Below, in pieces: positions 8,737-17,457 of a DNA stretch of 64,000 nucleotides (within the stretch, counting starts at the first letter, position 1; every line of letters begins with the position of its first letter). Under the pieces are notes generated by a model. That model was not told the DNA's origin, did no database searches, and saw only the letters and a program-made list of their open reading frames with translations. The translations under genes were made by a program, and so were the position numbers. The stretch is from Kiritimatiellia bacterium (GTDB taxonomy: Bacteria > Verrucomicrobiota > Kiritimatiellia > RFP12 > UBA1067). Location: NCBI GenBank assembly GCA_045627925.1, contig JAZQOS010000021.1, positions 10,012 to 74,011 of the forward strand, given 5' to 3'.

Positions 8737-10060
8737 CTCTCTTCTCCTCCATGATCTTTTGGGTTTTCCCTTCGAGATTGAGCCGGACGAGCGGCTCGGT
8801 ATTGGACATTCGCACGTTCGCCCAATAGCCCTCCGCCTCCCACGCATCCACCGAAACGCCGTCCAATTCGAAGACCTTCGCCTTCGTGGAATACGTCGCT
8901 TTGATCTTCGCGAGAATCTCGGCCGGCGGCGTCGAGGTCTTGGTATTGATTTCGCCGGACTGGAAGTACTTCTTCAGCGGCTCGACGAGTTCGGAAAGCG
9001 GTCGATCGCTCGCCGAAACGATATTCGCGAGCGCAAACGTCGCCATCGAGCTCGACTCCGCCGTCGAATTCGCCTTGAAGTAGTAGTGGCCGGAAAGCTC
9101 GCCCGCGAAAATGGCGTCGTTCTGGCGCATCTGTTCCTTAATGAAGGAGTGTCCGACGCGCGACATCATCGGCCGTCCGCCGGCGGCGGCGATCGTCTCT
9201 TCGCAAACTCGGCTGGACCTAAGGTCGTAGAAGCACGCCGCGCCCGGATTGGCGGCGAGCAAATCCTTCGAGATCAGCGCCGTGACAAAATCCATCGGAA
9301 TGATTTCGCCCTTTTCGTCGATGAAGCCCGCGCGATCAGCATCGCCGTCGTAGGCGACGCCGAAAGCGTACTTGCCGGGATTCGCCTTGATGAGCGCCTG
9401 CAAATCCTTCAGCGTCTCGTGGTGCAGAGGGTTCGCGTCGTGGTTCGGGAAGTCGCCGTCGTATTCGCCGTAGAGCGCGTCGTAGGTAATCGCCGAATTC
9501 GCGAACGCCGCCGACTCGGCGATGCCCATGCCGTTGGCGAAATCGAGCGCGAGATGCAACGGGCGCTTCAGGTGGGCGAACTTCCCGACGTGCGCGGCAT
9601 AGGCGGCGGAGACGTCGACCGAGGTTATCTTGCCCTTGCCGGCGGGCGCTTCCTCGCCGGTCATCGCGCCGACGAGCTTTTCGATGTCCTTGATGCCGGT
9701 CGCGCCGGAAATCGGCACGGCATTCGCCTTGCAAAGTTTGCAGCCGTTCCACTCCTTGGTGTTGTGCGAAGCGGTGATCATAACCGAGCCGTCCGCCTTG
9801 AGCGAGGCGTTGGCGAAATAGCTCATCGGCGTCGAAGCGAGACCGACGTCGAGAACTTCCACGCCCTCGTCGACGAGACCTTTCGCGAACGCCGCGAAAA
9901 GCGAATCCGACGACTTGCGGCAGTCTCGCGCCACCACCACCCGCGAGCCGGTCTTGAAGCCGCAGAATTGCGCATAGCCGCGCGCGATCTTGTAAAAATC
10001 GCCCTCGCCGAGGTCCTGTCCGTAGATACCGCGAATGTCGTATGCTTTGAATATGCTCAT
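8708..10060 (-). CDS. Phosphomannomutase/phosphoglucomutase
   Basis: 450 aa. MSIFKAYDIRGIYG start, catalytic TASHN phosphoserine loop, and a DGDADR metal-binding loop. Confidence 0.9.
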   Translation of the reverse strand: MSIFKAYDIRGIYGQDLGEGDFYKIARGYAQFCGFKTGSRVVVARDCRKSSDSLFAAFAKGLVDEGVEVLDVGLASTPMSYFANASLKADGSVMITASHNTKEWNGCKLCKANAVPISGATGIKDIEKLVGAMTGEEAPAGKGKITSVDVSAAYAAHVGKFAHLKRPLHLALDFANGMGIAESAAFANSAITYDALYGEYDGDFPNHDANPLHHETLKDLQALIKANPGKYAFGVAYDGDADRAGFIDEKGEIIPMDFVTALISKDLLAANPGAACFYDLRSSRVCEETIAAAGGRPMMSRVGHSFIKEQMRQNDAIFAGELSGHYYFKANSTAESSSMATFALANIVSASDRPLSELVEPLKKYFQSGEINTKTSTPPAEILAKIKATYSTKAKVFELDGVSVDAWEAEGYWANVRMSNTEPLVRLNLEGKTQKIMEEKRDEFLAIIRA

Positions 10061-10073
10061 TTGTCTGTTCCTT

Positions 10074-10694
10074 TTATTTCAAAATTCCGTTTTCGAGCGT
10101 CAACACCCGATCGCAAATCGCCGCCGCCTCGGGCGAGTGCGTGACCATGACGAGCGCGACGTCGGTTCCCTTCGAAAGTTCCTGCAGCATCCGCAGGATA
10201 TCCGCGCCGGTCATCGCGTCGAGATTGCCGGTCGGCTCGTCGGCGAGCACGACCTCCGGCTCGGTCACCAACGCTCGCGCAAGCGCGACTCGCTGCATCT
10301 CGCCGCCCGAAAGCTCCGCCGGCAGGTGTTCGAGCCGATTGCCGAGCCCGACCTTCGAAAGCAGCTCCTTCGCGCGCGACATCGCGTCAACACGAGCGCC
10401 GCCCTCGCGCATCGTCGGCAACATCACGTTCTCGAGCACGGTCAGCTCCGGCATGAGGTGGTACTGCTGAAAGACGAAACCGATGTTCTTCGGCCGGGTG
10501 ACCGTTCCCGAAGTCGGCTTTTCGAGCCCGCCCAGAATATTGAGAAGCGTGGACTTGCCCGCGCCCGAGCGTCCGATGATCGCGACCTTCTCGCCCGACT
10601 TCACCGCGAAGTTCACGCCCTTCAAAACCTCGATCGGCCGCTGGCCGGAGATCTTGAAACGTTTCTTCAAGTCGATGCTACCGAGGATGGTCAT
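10074..10694 (-). CDS. ABC transporter ATP-binding protein (LolD/FtsE-like)
   Basis: Start re-set to ATG 10694-10692 (MTILGSIDLKKRF...). Walker A GRSGAGKST, signature LSGGEMQR, Walker B VVLADEPT. ATGA overlap with the permease gene. Confidence 0.9.
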   Translation of the reverse strand: MTILGSIDLKKRFKISGQRPIEVLKGVNFAVKSGEKVAIIGRSGAGKSTLLNILGGLEKPTSGTVTRPKNIGFVFQQYHLMPELTVLENVMLPTMREGGARVDAMSRAKELLSKVGLGNRLEHLPAELSGGEMQRVALARALVTEPEVVLADEPTGNLDAMTGADILRMLQELSKGTDVALVMVTHSPEAAAICDRVLTLENGILK

Positions 10695-11917
10695 TGGTTC
10701 AACGCCTTTACCGGATCCTTCGCCGACGCCGCGAGCGCCGGAATGAACGACGCCGCGAGTCCGAAGACGAATACGAGGGAAACTACCCAAACGACATCGG
10801 AGACGATCAGCCGATGGGGAATCGCCGCGAGTCCGTACACCGAGGCGGGGAATACCTCGAGCCCCATCGTCGCGAGCCATTCCACGAGATTCTGCAGATT
10901 GGCCAAAATCGCCCACGACGCCAAAAGCCCGAGAACGACACCGAACGCGCACTGAATCATCCCGTGCACCATAAAGACCTTCATGATCTCGCGCTTCCTG
11001 AAGCCGAGCGCCTTCAAAAGCCCGATCTCCGGCGTTTTCTGCACCGTAAGGACGAGCAGCGTGTTCATTACGCAAAAGACCGCGACCAGCGAAATGAGCG
11101 ACAACAGAAGCGCCGTCATGTTCTTCTCGACCGCGAGCGCGTTGAAAATCTGGCGATCCGCTTCGCGCCAGGTGATCGGCCGCAACTCCGGCGCGATTTC
11201 GCGAACCTTGTCGCAAATCTCCTCGAAGCGGTCCGAGTCGGTCGGCGCGTCGGTCTTGAGATGAATCGCGAAAACGCCCTTCTCCATCCCCATCAAATCG
11301 CGCACGTTGTTGAGCGAGGCGATGACATAGCCGGAATCGTACTCGTGCTGACCGCACGAAAAGAGCCCGACGACCTTCCACTTCACCGGCAAATACACCT
11401 CGTCGGCGGCGACCAGCGTCTTCGGCGAATAGACCGTAATTTCGTCGCCGACGCGGGCACCGAGCGCGCGGGCGGCGCTATAACCGAGAACGAGCGAATC
11501 GCCCTCGAGCTCAAACGAGCCCGCGACCGGCTCGCCCACGCGATAAGCGTCCTTGAAATCGTCGCCGTCCACGCCGATGATGACCGGTGCGAGTACCTTG
11601 CCGTTGTACGAGAGGAGTACGCGCGTGTCGATTTCGGGCGTGACGCAAGTGACGCCGGGAATTTTCGCGAGCTTCTTCGCGAGCGCCTCCTCGCCGTGCA
11701 CCGTGTTTCCCTGCCGCGCCACGAGCGAGATGTGCGGCTTAAAATCGAGAATCTTCTCCTCCCAAATATCACCGAATCCGGTCATCACGCTTCGAACGAC
11801 GATAACCACCGCCACGCCCAGCATCACCCCGAGCACCGAAACGCAAGTGATGACCGAGGCGACCGAACGCTTCGGCTTCAAGTATTTTAGCGCCAAAAAT
11901 AGCGGAAAACCATTCAT
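10691..11917 (-). CDS. ABC transporter permease, LolC/LolE (FtsX-domain) family
   Basis: The track start is TTG at 11920. I prefer the adjacent ATG at 11917-11915 (MNGFPLFLALKYLKPKRS, a typical LolC/E N-terminus). Large periplasmic loop and C-terminal FtsX-like TM bundle. Confidence 0.85.
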   Translation of the reverse strand: MNGFPLFLALKYLKPKRSVASVITCVSVLGVMLGVAVVIVVRSVMTGFGDIWEEKILDFKPHISLVARQGNTVHGEEALAKKLAKIPGVTCVTPEIDTRVLLSYNGKVLAPVIIGVDGDDFKDAYRVGEPVAGSFELEGDSLVLGYSAARALGARVGDEITVYSPKTLVAADEVYLPVKWKVVGLFSCGQHEYDSGYVIASLNNVRDLMGMEKGVFAIHLKTDAPTDSDRFEEICDKVREIAPELRPITWREADRQIFNALAVEKNMTALLLSLISLVAVFCVMNTLLVLTVQKTPEIGLLKALGFRKREIMKVFMVHGMIQCAFGVVLGLLASWAILANLQNLVEWLATMGLEVFPASVYGLAAIPHRLIVSDVVWVVSLVFVFGLAASFIPALAASAKDPVKALNQ

Positions 11918-11947
11918 CAATTCACCGATGATAGTTTATCAAAATCG

Positions 11948-13210
11948 CTATTCCATGTCCACTTGAACGGGTACGTCTTTTTCGACGATTTCCCTGATCG
12001 CGCGTCTAAAGCCCTCGGCGTTGAAAGGCGGAGAATCAACACCAATGCGGTACTTGAGCGAGACGATGTATTCTTGCTCCCTGACGGATAGCGGGCGCGA
12101 GGCGAAAATCGGGAAAATCGGTCGCCCGACGTGATCGAGCGGATATTGAACCCCCGCTTCTTCGATTAGCAGAAGCCCGCCCACCTTCGAGCCCGCGCGC
12201 TCGCCGATCATAATCTCGATGAAAAACTTCTCGCCCGCCTTCGTTTCGAACCAGTCGCCGGGCACGAGCGGACTGACGATGCCGTGGAAGCCCGCCCACT
12301 TTCCGAGATGTTCGCGATCGGACGGCGTCCAACCGGTAATGCGGCGCGGACGCGGTTTCTTGCCGCCGCCCCAATTCGCCTCCAAAACTACCTTATGGTT
12401 AATCCGCACGACCAGCTGATCGTCGAAGTAGCCGACGAAGCGGTAGCGCGAACTCTTTCCGGGTTCAATTTCGCCGCGATAATAAATCGCCCATCCGCGC
12501 GAAGTCATCTCGCGCTCTACACCGAACGCCTTGGGCGCGTTCTCGGCGGGTTGCCGGCGCATGAGCAGATGGGTGAACGCCATTTCCTTCTTCGGCCGGT
12601 AATACTCGTCCATCGCCGCCTCCGAAAAATCCGCCGCGACGACTTTCCTTACGTCCGCCCAATAGCCCTCGTCGGTGTAATCTTCGCGCATCGATCCGTC
12701 GCGTTTGCGCTTGAAGTCGATGATGCGTCCGACGAGCGCGCCGTCGAGATAGTGACCGCGCCCGCCTTCGCCGATTCGCATTCCGAAATCTCCGCCCTCG
12801 CCGTTGTCGAGCCCGCGAAGCCGAACCTTGCCGACGACGGCGTTCATCGTCACGGGGCTCGCAATTTGAACGACCTTGTCCGGCTCCAAATCGAAAACCT
12901 CGCCCGGCGAAGGAATTTCCGGCAGATCCTTCTCGGCGTTCTCGAAGCCGATTTCGATTTCGTCCGGCGATTCGCTCGTCAAGGTCGAATCGTCGAGTTC
13001 GATTTCCATCGGCTCGACGAGTTCCGGAACGGGCGGTTCCACCGGCGCGACGAAAATCTCCGTTTCGTCCTTCCGCTCGCCGTCGCCACTCGCGGTGACG
13101 AAAATCAAGACGCAGAAAATCGCGAGCGGCGCGAAAATCGCCGTTGCGACCGAAAGCGCGTTGAGCCGATGCCGACTTTCCGCTATTCGGAAAGCCGGCG
13201 GTGGACCCAA
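11948..13210 (-). CDS. Membrane-anchored protein with PA14-like periplasmic domain, paralogue C of the TonB-slot family
   Basis: Clear paralogue of 13860-15203 and 15210-16526. Shared strings include YRFVGYFDDQLVVRINHKVVLEANWGG, GRPIFPIFASRPLSV and IGVDSPPFN. There is no in-frame ATG before the TM segment (ALSVATAIFAPLAIFCVLIFV). I propose a TTG start at 13210-13208, overlapping the Sel1-like gene. The start is uncertain. Confidence 0.6.
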   Translation of the reverse strand: MGPPPAFRIAESRHRLNALSVATAIFAPLAIFCVLIFVTASGDGERKDETEIFVAPVEPPVPELVEPMEIELDDSTLTSESPDEIEIGFENAEKDLPEIPSPGEVFDLEPDKVVQIASPVTMNAVVGKVRLRGLDNGEGGDFGMRIGEGGRGHYLDGALVGRIIDFKRKRDGSMREDYTDEGYWADVRKVVAADFSEAAMDEYYRPKKEMAFTHLLMRRQPAENAPKAFGVEREMTSRGWAIYYRGEIEPGKSSRYRFVGYFDDQLVVRINHKVVLEANWGGGKKPRPRRITGWTPSDREHLGKWAGFHGIVSPLVPGDWFETKAGEKFFIEIMIGERAGSKVGGLLLIEEAGVQYPLDHVGRPIFPIFASRPLSVREQEYIVSLKYRIGVDSPPFNAEGFRRAIREIVEKDVPVQVDME

Positions 13211-13863
13211 CCGCCTTCGCGAACTTCCGCGTGAGTCATTGCCTGCCAAATCTTGAACGCCTTGATCGCATCGCCACGGTTGCGCTTGGTGCCGATGCCG
13301 TAGTAGCCGCAAACCCCGCACATGAAAATCGCATCCGCCGAACCGGCGATGCCGGCGGCGCGGAAATACTCGAACATCTTCTTCGCGTCGTACTTCTCGC
13401 TCGTAATCGCCTTGACGAAAATCGCGCTCGCGACCTCGCCGCAAGCCATGGCGTCGCCCGCGCGCGCCGCCGCCGTAATCTTCTTAAAACCCGGAACGAA
13501 GTTCTTCGGCCGGTCGGTGACGTACTTGCCGCGCGGCGGAAACACCTTGGGTCCGAGATTCGCGGGACCGTTCCAAGTCGTCCCGAACGCGGTCGAAACT
13601 TTGGCGGTGGTGCCGCTTTCGCTCGTGTGGTGGTGGTTCACCGGCCCGATTTTGCCGTTAAGACAGCGCATGACGTCGTCCCACGCCTCCTTGCCGGTCG
13701 CCGTTACGAATTCGTCGTCGATGCGATCGCACTTTTTTACCAATTCGGGCAAGATTCTCCCGCCGACGAGTTTCACCCCTTCGGCGAAAAGCTCGTCGCC
13801 GAAGGAATTGCCCGCGACGACAAGCGCCGTCGCCAACGCGAAAATCGTCCACCGCCGTTTCAA
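13183..13863 (-). CDS. Secreted Sel1-like repeat protein
   Basis: Real part begins at TTG 13863-13861 (TTGA overlap with the upstream stop): (M)KRRWTIFALATALVVAGNSFG signal peptide. The C-terminal half has Sel1-like repeats (AAGIAGSADAIFMCGVCGYYGIGTKRNRGDAIKAFKIWQAM). The upstream part of the 339-aa track ORF is Arg-rich and overlaps the neighbouring gene. Confidence 0.55.
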   Translation of the reverse strand: MKRRWTIFALATALVVAGNSFGDELFAEGVKLVGGRILPELVKKCDRIDDEFVTATGKEAWDDVMRCLNGKIGPVNHHHTSESGTTAKVSTAFGTTWNGPANLGPKVFPPRGKYVTDRPKNFVPGFKKITAAARAGDAMACGEVASAIFVKAITSEKYDAKKMFEYFRAAGIAGSADAIFMCGVCGYYGIGTKRNRGDAIKAFKIWQAMTHAEVREGGWVHRRLSE

Positions 13864-15203
13864 ATGTCCACTCCGACGGAGACGTCGTCCTTGACCATCT
13901 TTTCCTTGGCCTTGGCGCTGCCGCGCGAATTGAATCGCGGCGAATCGACACCGAACTTGAACGAATTCTTTCCGATGCGATCTTTTTCGTTCACCGAGAG
14001 CGGACGCGAGGCGAAAATCGGCAGAATCGGACGGCCGCCGTCTTTTGGATATTCCTCGCCTTCCTTCTGAATAAGCAAGCATCCGCCGCACTTTCCGCCT
14101 TGCGTTTCGCCAAGTGCCAGTTCCATCTTCAAGATCTTGCTCGGATCGGCGTCGAACCAATCGCCGACGACAAGCCAGGAATTGTGCTGCGGGCTCGCCC
14201 ACTTTCCGACCAGCTCGGAGTCATGCGGCGCCCAACCGGTAATCCGTCCCGAAGCGGCGCTGGCCGAACCCGAGCCACGGCGATCCTGCGGCCCGTGCCC
14301 CCACGACGCCTCGAGAACCACCTTGCCGTTGATTTTAACGACCATAAACTCGTCGAAGTAACCAGCGAAGCGATAGCGCGCCTTCTCAGTCGGCTTGAGT
14401 TCGCCAGTGTAATACGCCATCCATCCGGAGCCGCCGAAATCGTTCGCGCCGAACGCCTTGGGGCCGTCGTCGGCGCTGGTCGAAGGATCGATCAATACCT
14501 TGGTAAGCGCGACCTTCTTGTTGGGGACGTAAAACTTCGCAAGCGCCTCGGCGGAAAATCCGCCGGCGGCGATGCCCTTGAGAAATTCCCACGACTTGCT
14601 GCCGCTATAATCGTTGCGGTTGCCCTCGCCGTCGCGCTTCAAGTCGACGAGTACGCCGATAAGGCACCCGTCGACGTTCTGCCCGCCCTTGATGAGCGTA
14701 CCGAATCCGCCTTCCGTACCGTCGCCGATACCGCGAAACTTCGCGCCTGCAACCGCCGCCATCGTTACCGGGCTCGGCGTTTGCGCGACCTTGTCCGGCT
14801 CGCCGCCCGGATCGGGGCTCGGCGGCGCGGGATTGACGATATCGGGAGTTACGACGTCGACCGTGACGTCGACGTCCTCGGTCATGTCGATTTCCTCGGG
14901 CTCCGGTTCCGGCTCTTCAAGCTCCTCGGCCTTCTCCTCGATGTTGGAGATTTCGACTTCGATGTGCTCGCGCTGTTGCGCCGAGACCGCCGTCACCACG
15001 ATAAGGACGATTACTCCGAGAATCGGCGCGACGATCGCGATAATCGGCGCCTTGAGCCGTTGCAGCTCTATAAGCGCGAGCTTGTAGTCGCGCGAATCCT
15101 TCGGCTGTTTGAATCCGGCGAGCATATCGCCGATTCGCCGGAAGAACCCGTGCTCTTCGTACTGCTCGGAAAGTTCGTCAATATCGATAATACCGTCCGC
15201 CAT
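13860..15203 (-). CDS. Membrane-anchored protein with TonB-like N-terminus and PA14-like periplasmic domain, paralogue B
   Basis: 447 aa. Cytoplasmic N-terminus, single TM (APIIAIVAPILGVIVLIVVTAV), acidic/Pro-rich linker (EEPEPEPEEIDM..., NPAPPSPDPGGEPD). The C-terminal domain has the pattern GWMAYYTGELKPTEKARYRFAGYFDEFMVVKINGKVVLEASW. No TonB C-terminal motif is visible. Confidence 0.75.
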   Translation of the reverse strand: MADGIIDIDELSEQYEEHGFFRRIGDMLAGFKQPKDSRDYKLALIELQRLKAPIIAIVAPILGVIVLIVVTAVSAQQREHIEVEISNIEEKAEELEEPEPEPEEIDMTEDVDVTVDVVTPDIVNPAPPSPDPGGEPDKVAQTPSPVTMAAVAGAKFRGIGDGTEGGFGTLIKGGQNVDGCLIGVLVDLKRDGEGNRNDYSGSKSWEFLKGIAAGGFSAEALAKFYVPNKKVALTKVLIDPSTSADDGPKAFGANDFGGSGWMAYYTGELKPTEKARYRFAGYFDEFMVVKINGKVVLEASWGHGPQDRRGSGSASAASGRITGWAPHDSELVGKWASPQHNSWLVVGDWFDADPSKILKMELALGETQGGKCGGCLLIQKEGEEYPKDGGRPILPIFASRPLSVNEKDRIGKNSFKFGVDSPRFNSRGSAKAKEKMVKDDVSVGVDI

Positions 15204-15209
15204 AACGTT

Positions 15210-16526
15210 TTAGATGTCCACTCCGACGGAGACGTCGTCCTTGACCATCTTTTCCTTGGCCTTGGAGTTGCCGCGCGAATTGAATCGCGGCGAATCAACG
15301 CCGATCTTGTAGGAGTTTTTGCCGATGCGATCCTTTTCGTTCACCGAAAGCGGACGCGAGGCGAAAATCGGCAGAATCGGCCGATTGCCGTCCTTCGGAT
15401 ATTCCTCGCCTTCCTTCTGGATGAGCAATAGCCCGCCGATGATTCCGCCCGGACGTTCGCCGATTACCAAATCCATCTTGAACTTCTTGCCCGGCTCGAC
15501 CGCGAACCAGTCGCCGACGACGAGTCGATCGCGATCCCGCGGACCTCGCCACTCGCCGATTACCGACTGGTCGCTCGGCCCCCACCCCGACATCGGGCTC
15601 TTGTTGGATCCGCTCTTGCCGGGCATGTGGTCGCAGACGCACTCGAAAACCGTCTTGCCGTCGATTCTGACCATGATGCAGTCGTCGAAGAATCCCGCGA
15701 AACGGTAACGCGCCTTTTCGGTCGCCTTGATTTCGCCGGTATAGTAGGCGAACCATTCCTTCGGCTTCATCTGATCGCCGGCGCCGAACGCCTTCGGGCC
15801 GTTGCCCGCGTCCTGCATCGGAATGAAGACGTGAGTCAACGCCACTTTCTTGGGAACCACGTAAAAGTTCGCCAGCGACTCCGGCGAGAAATCCTTCGCC
15901 ACCGCCGAGCTTACGTCGTTCCAATACGAAGGCGTGCGCGGATTGCCCTCGCCGTCGCGCTTCAAGTCGACGAGTACGCCGATGAGGCACCCGTCGACGT
16001 TCTGCCCGCCCTTGATGAGCGTACCGAATCCGCCTTCCGTGCCGTCGCCGATGCCGCGGAACGGCGCTCCATTCATAGCCCGCATCACCACCGGGCTCGG
16101 AGTTTGCGCGACCTTGTCCGGCTCGCCGCCCGGATCAGGACTCGGCGGCGCGGGGTTGACGATGTCGGGAGTTACGACGTCGACCGTGACGTCGACGTCC
16201 TCGGTCATGTCGATTTCCTCGGGCTCCGGCTCTGGCTCGTCAAGATCCTCGACCTTGTCCTCGATGTTGGAGATTTCGACTTCGATGTGCTCACGCTGTT
16301 GCGCCGAAACCGCCGTCACCACGATAAGAACGATTACTCCGAGAATCGGCGCGACGATCGCGATGATCGGCGCCTTGAGTCGCTGCAGCTCTATAAGCGC
16401 GAGCTTGTAGTCGCGCGAATCCTTCGGCTGCTTGAATCCGGCGAGCATATCGCCGATTCGCCGGAAGAATCCGTGCTCTTCGTACTGCTCGGAAAGTTCG
16501 TCGATATCGATGATGCCGTCCGCCAT
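15210..16526 (-). CDS. Membrane-anchored protein with TonB-like N-terminus and PA14-like periplasmic domain, paralogue A
   Basis: 438 aa. The first ~89 aa are identical to paralogue B and the last ~85 aa nearly identical, with a diverged centre (EWFAYYTGEIKATEKARYRFAGFFDDCIMVRIDGKTVFECV). Lies immediately downstream of exbD in the position normally taken by tonB. Confidence 0.75.
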   Translation of the reverse strand: MADGIIDIDELSEQYEEHGFFRRIGDMLAGFKQPKDSRDYKLALIELQRLKAPIIAIVAPILGVIVLIVVTAVSAQQREHIEVEISNIEDKVEDLDEPEPEPEEIDMTEDVDVTVDVVTPDIVNPAPPSPDPGGEPDKVAQTPSPVVMRAMNGAPFRGIGDGTEGGFGTLIKGGQNVDGCLIGVLVDLKRDGEGNPRTPSYWNDVSSAVAKDFSPESLANFYVVPKKVALTHVFIPMQDAGNGPKAFGAGDQMKPKEWFAYYTGEIKATEKARYRFAGFFDDCIMVRIDGKTVFECVCDHMPGKSGSNKSPMSGWGPSDQSVIGEWRGPRDRDRLVVGDWFAVEPGKKFKMDLVIGERPGGIIGGLLLIQKEGEEYPKDGNRPILPIFASRPLSVNEKDRIGKNSYKIGVDSPRFNSRGNSKAKEKMVKDDVSVGVDI

Positions 16527-16538
16527 GACGCCGATTCC

Positions 16539-16949
16539 TTAAAGCGTGAAGATGCTGACGCTGTAGAGCCCGTTCTGGTAGCAGCTGTCGAGAACGTCCA
16601 CCAACGCCTTGTGCGGAGAGTTCTCCGTGCACTTGACGATGATCGGCGTCTTCTTGGAAGTAAGCGCGATCTCGCGCAAGTTCTGGTCGAGCTCCGCGCG
16701 CTTCACCGGCTTGCGGTTATAAAGAACGAGTCCGTTCGCGTTGCGGCCGTTGGTGCCGATTTCGATCGTGACCGTGATATCGCTCGGTTGCGATTCGCTG
16801 TTCGTCGCCGGCGCGGGCCGGTTGGCGTTCAGCTTCGAGAGCATGTCCTCGGTCTTGATCGTAACGACGAAGAAGATGATGAGCTCGAAAACGACGTCGA
16901 TCATCGGCGTCATATCCAAAGCCGGATTTTCCTGGGGTTTCCTCGCCAT
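16539..16949 (-). CDS. exbD: ExbD/TolR-family protein (copy 2)
   Basis: 136 aa. The N-terminus MARKPQENPALDMTPMIDVVFELIIFFVVT is the ExbD/TolR signature (MTPMIDVVF..L..FF). Confidence 0.85.
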   Translation of the reverse strand: MARKPQENPALDMTPMIDVVFELIIFFVVTIKTEDMLSKLNANRPAPATNSESQPSDITVTIEIGTNGRNANGLVLYNRKPVKRAELDQNLREIALTSKKTPIIVKCTENSPHKALVDVLDSCYQNGLYSVSIFTL

Positions 16950-16950
16950 A

Positions 16951-17445
16951 TTACCTCCCCTTCAGCCGCGAAAGTCGAGGCCGCGCCGAATTGCCGGGCT
17001 TGGAGGTTCGATCCTCCTGCACCGCCATAAACGAAATCTTCCAAATCCCGTTCGCGGTGCAGGCGTCCATAACCTGCTTGACCGCGCGGTGCTGAACCTC
17101 GAAGTCGGCGCGAATCAAAACCGGAAATTCGCCGATCTTCTTGTAGCGCTCCTTGATGCGCCGGCCGATCTCCTCGGGCGTAATCTCGCGGTCGCCCATC
17201 GAAATACGGCCCTTGGGCAGCAACCTGCCGAGCTTGTCCCGCGCCGCGATGTCGATTTGCATGTGCGTCGGCGGCAGCTCCTCCGGCGTGAGCACGATGC
17301 CGTGGCGTCCGTCCTCGAGCTCGATCGTCTCGTCCTTCTTCTGCGCTTCGACCAGCGTAACGACGAAGAAGATGATGAGCTCGAAGACGACGTCGATCAT
17401 CGGCGTCATATCCAAAGCCGGATTTTCCTGTGGCTTTCTCGCCAT
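16951..17445 (-). CDS. exbD: ExbD/TolR-family protein (copy 1)
   Basis: 164 aa. The first 30 aa are identical to copy 2, then the sequences diverge. 1-nt gap to copy 2. Confidence 0.85.
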   Translation of the reverse strand: MARKPQENPALDMTPMIDVVFELIIFFVVTLVEAQKKDETIELEDGRHGIVLTPEELPPTHMQIDIAARDKLGRLLPKGRISMGDREITPEEIGRRIKERYKKIGEFPVLIRADFEVQHRAVKQVMDACTANGIWKISFMAVQEDRTSKPGNSARPRLSRLKGR

Positions 17446-17457
17446 GGTCAGAATCCC

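Noticed and set aside
11948-16526. Annotating paralogues A, B and C simply as TonB.
   Set aside because: Only the N-terminal anchor and Pro/Glu-rich linker resemble TonB. I could not find the conserved TonB C-terminal domain pattern (Y-P..A....EG.V.V.F.I...G.V....V..S.G...LD.AA). Calling them TonB would over-interpret position in the operon.
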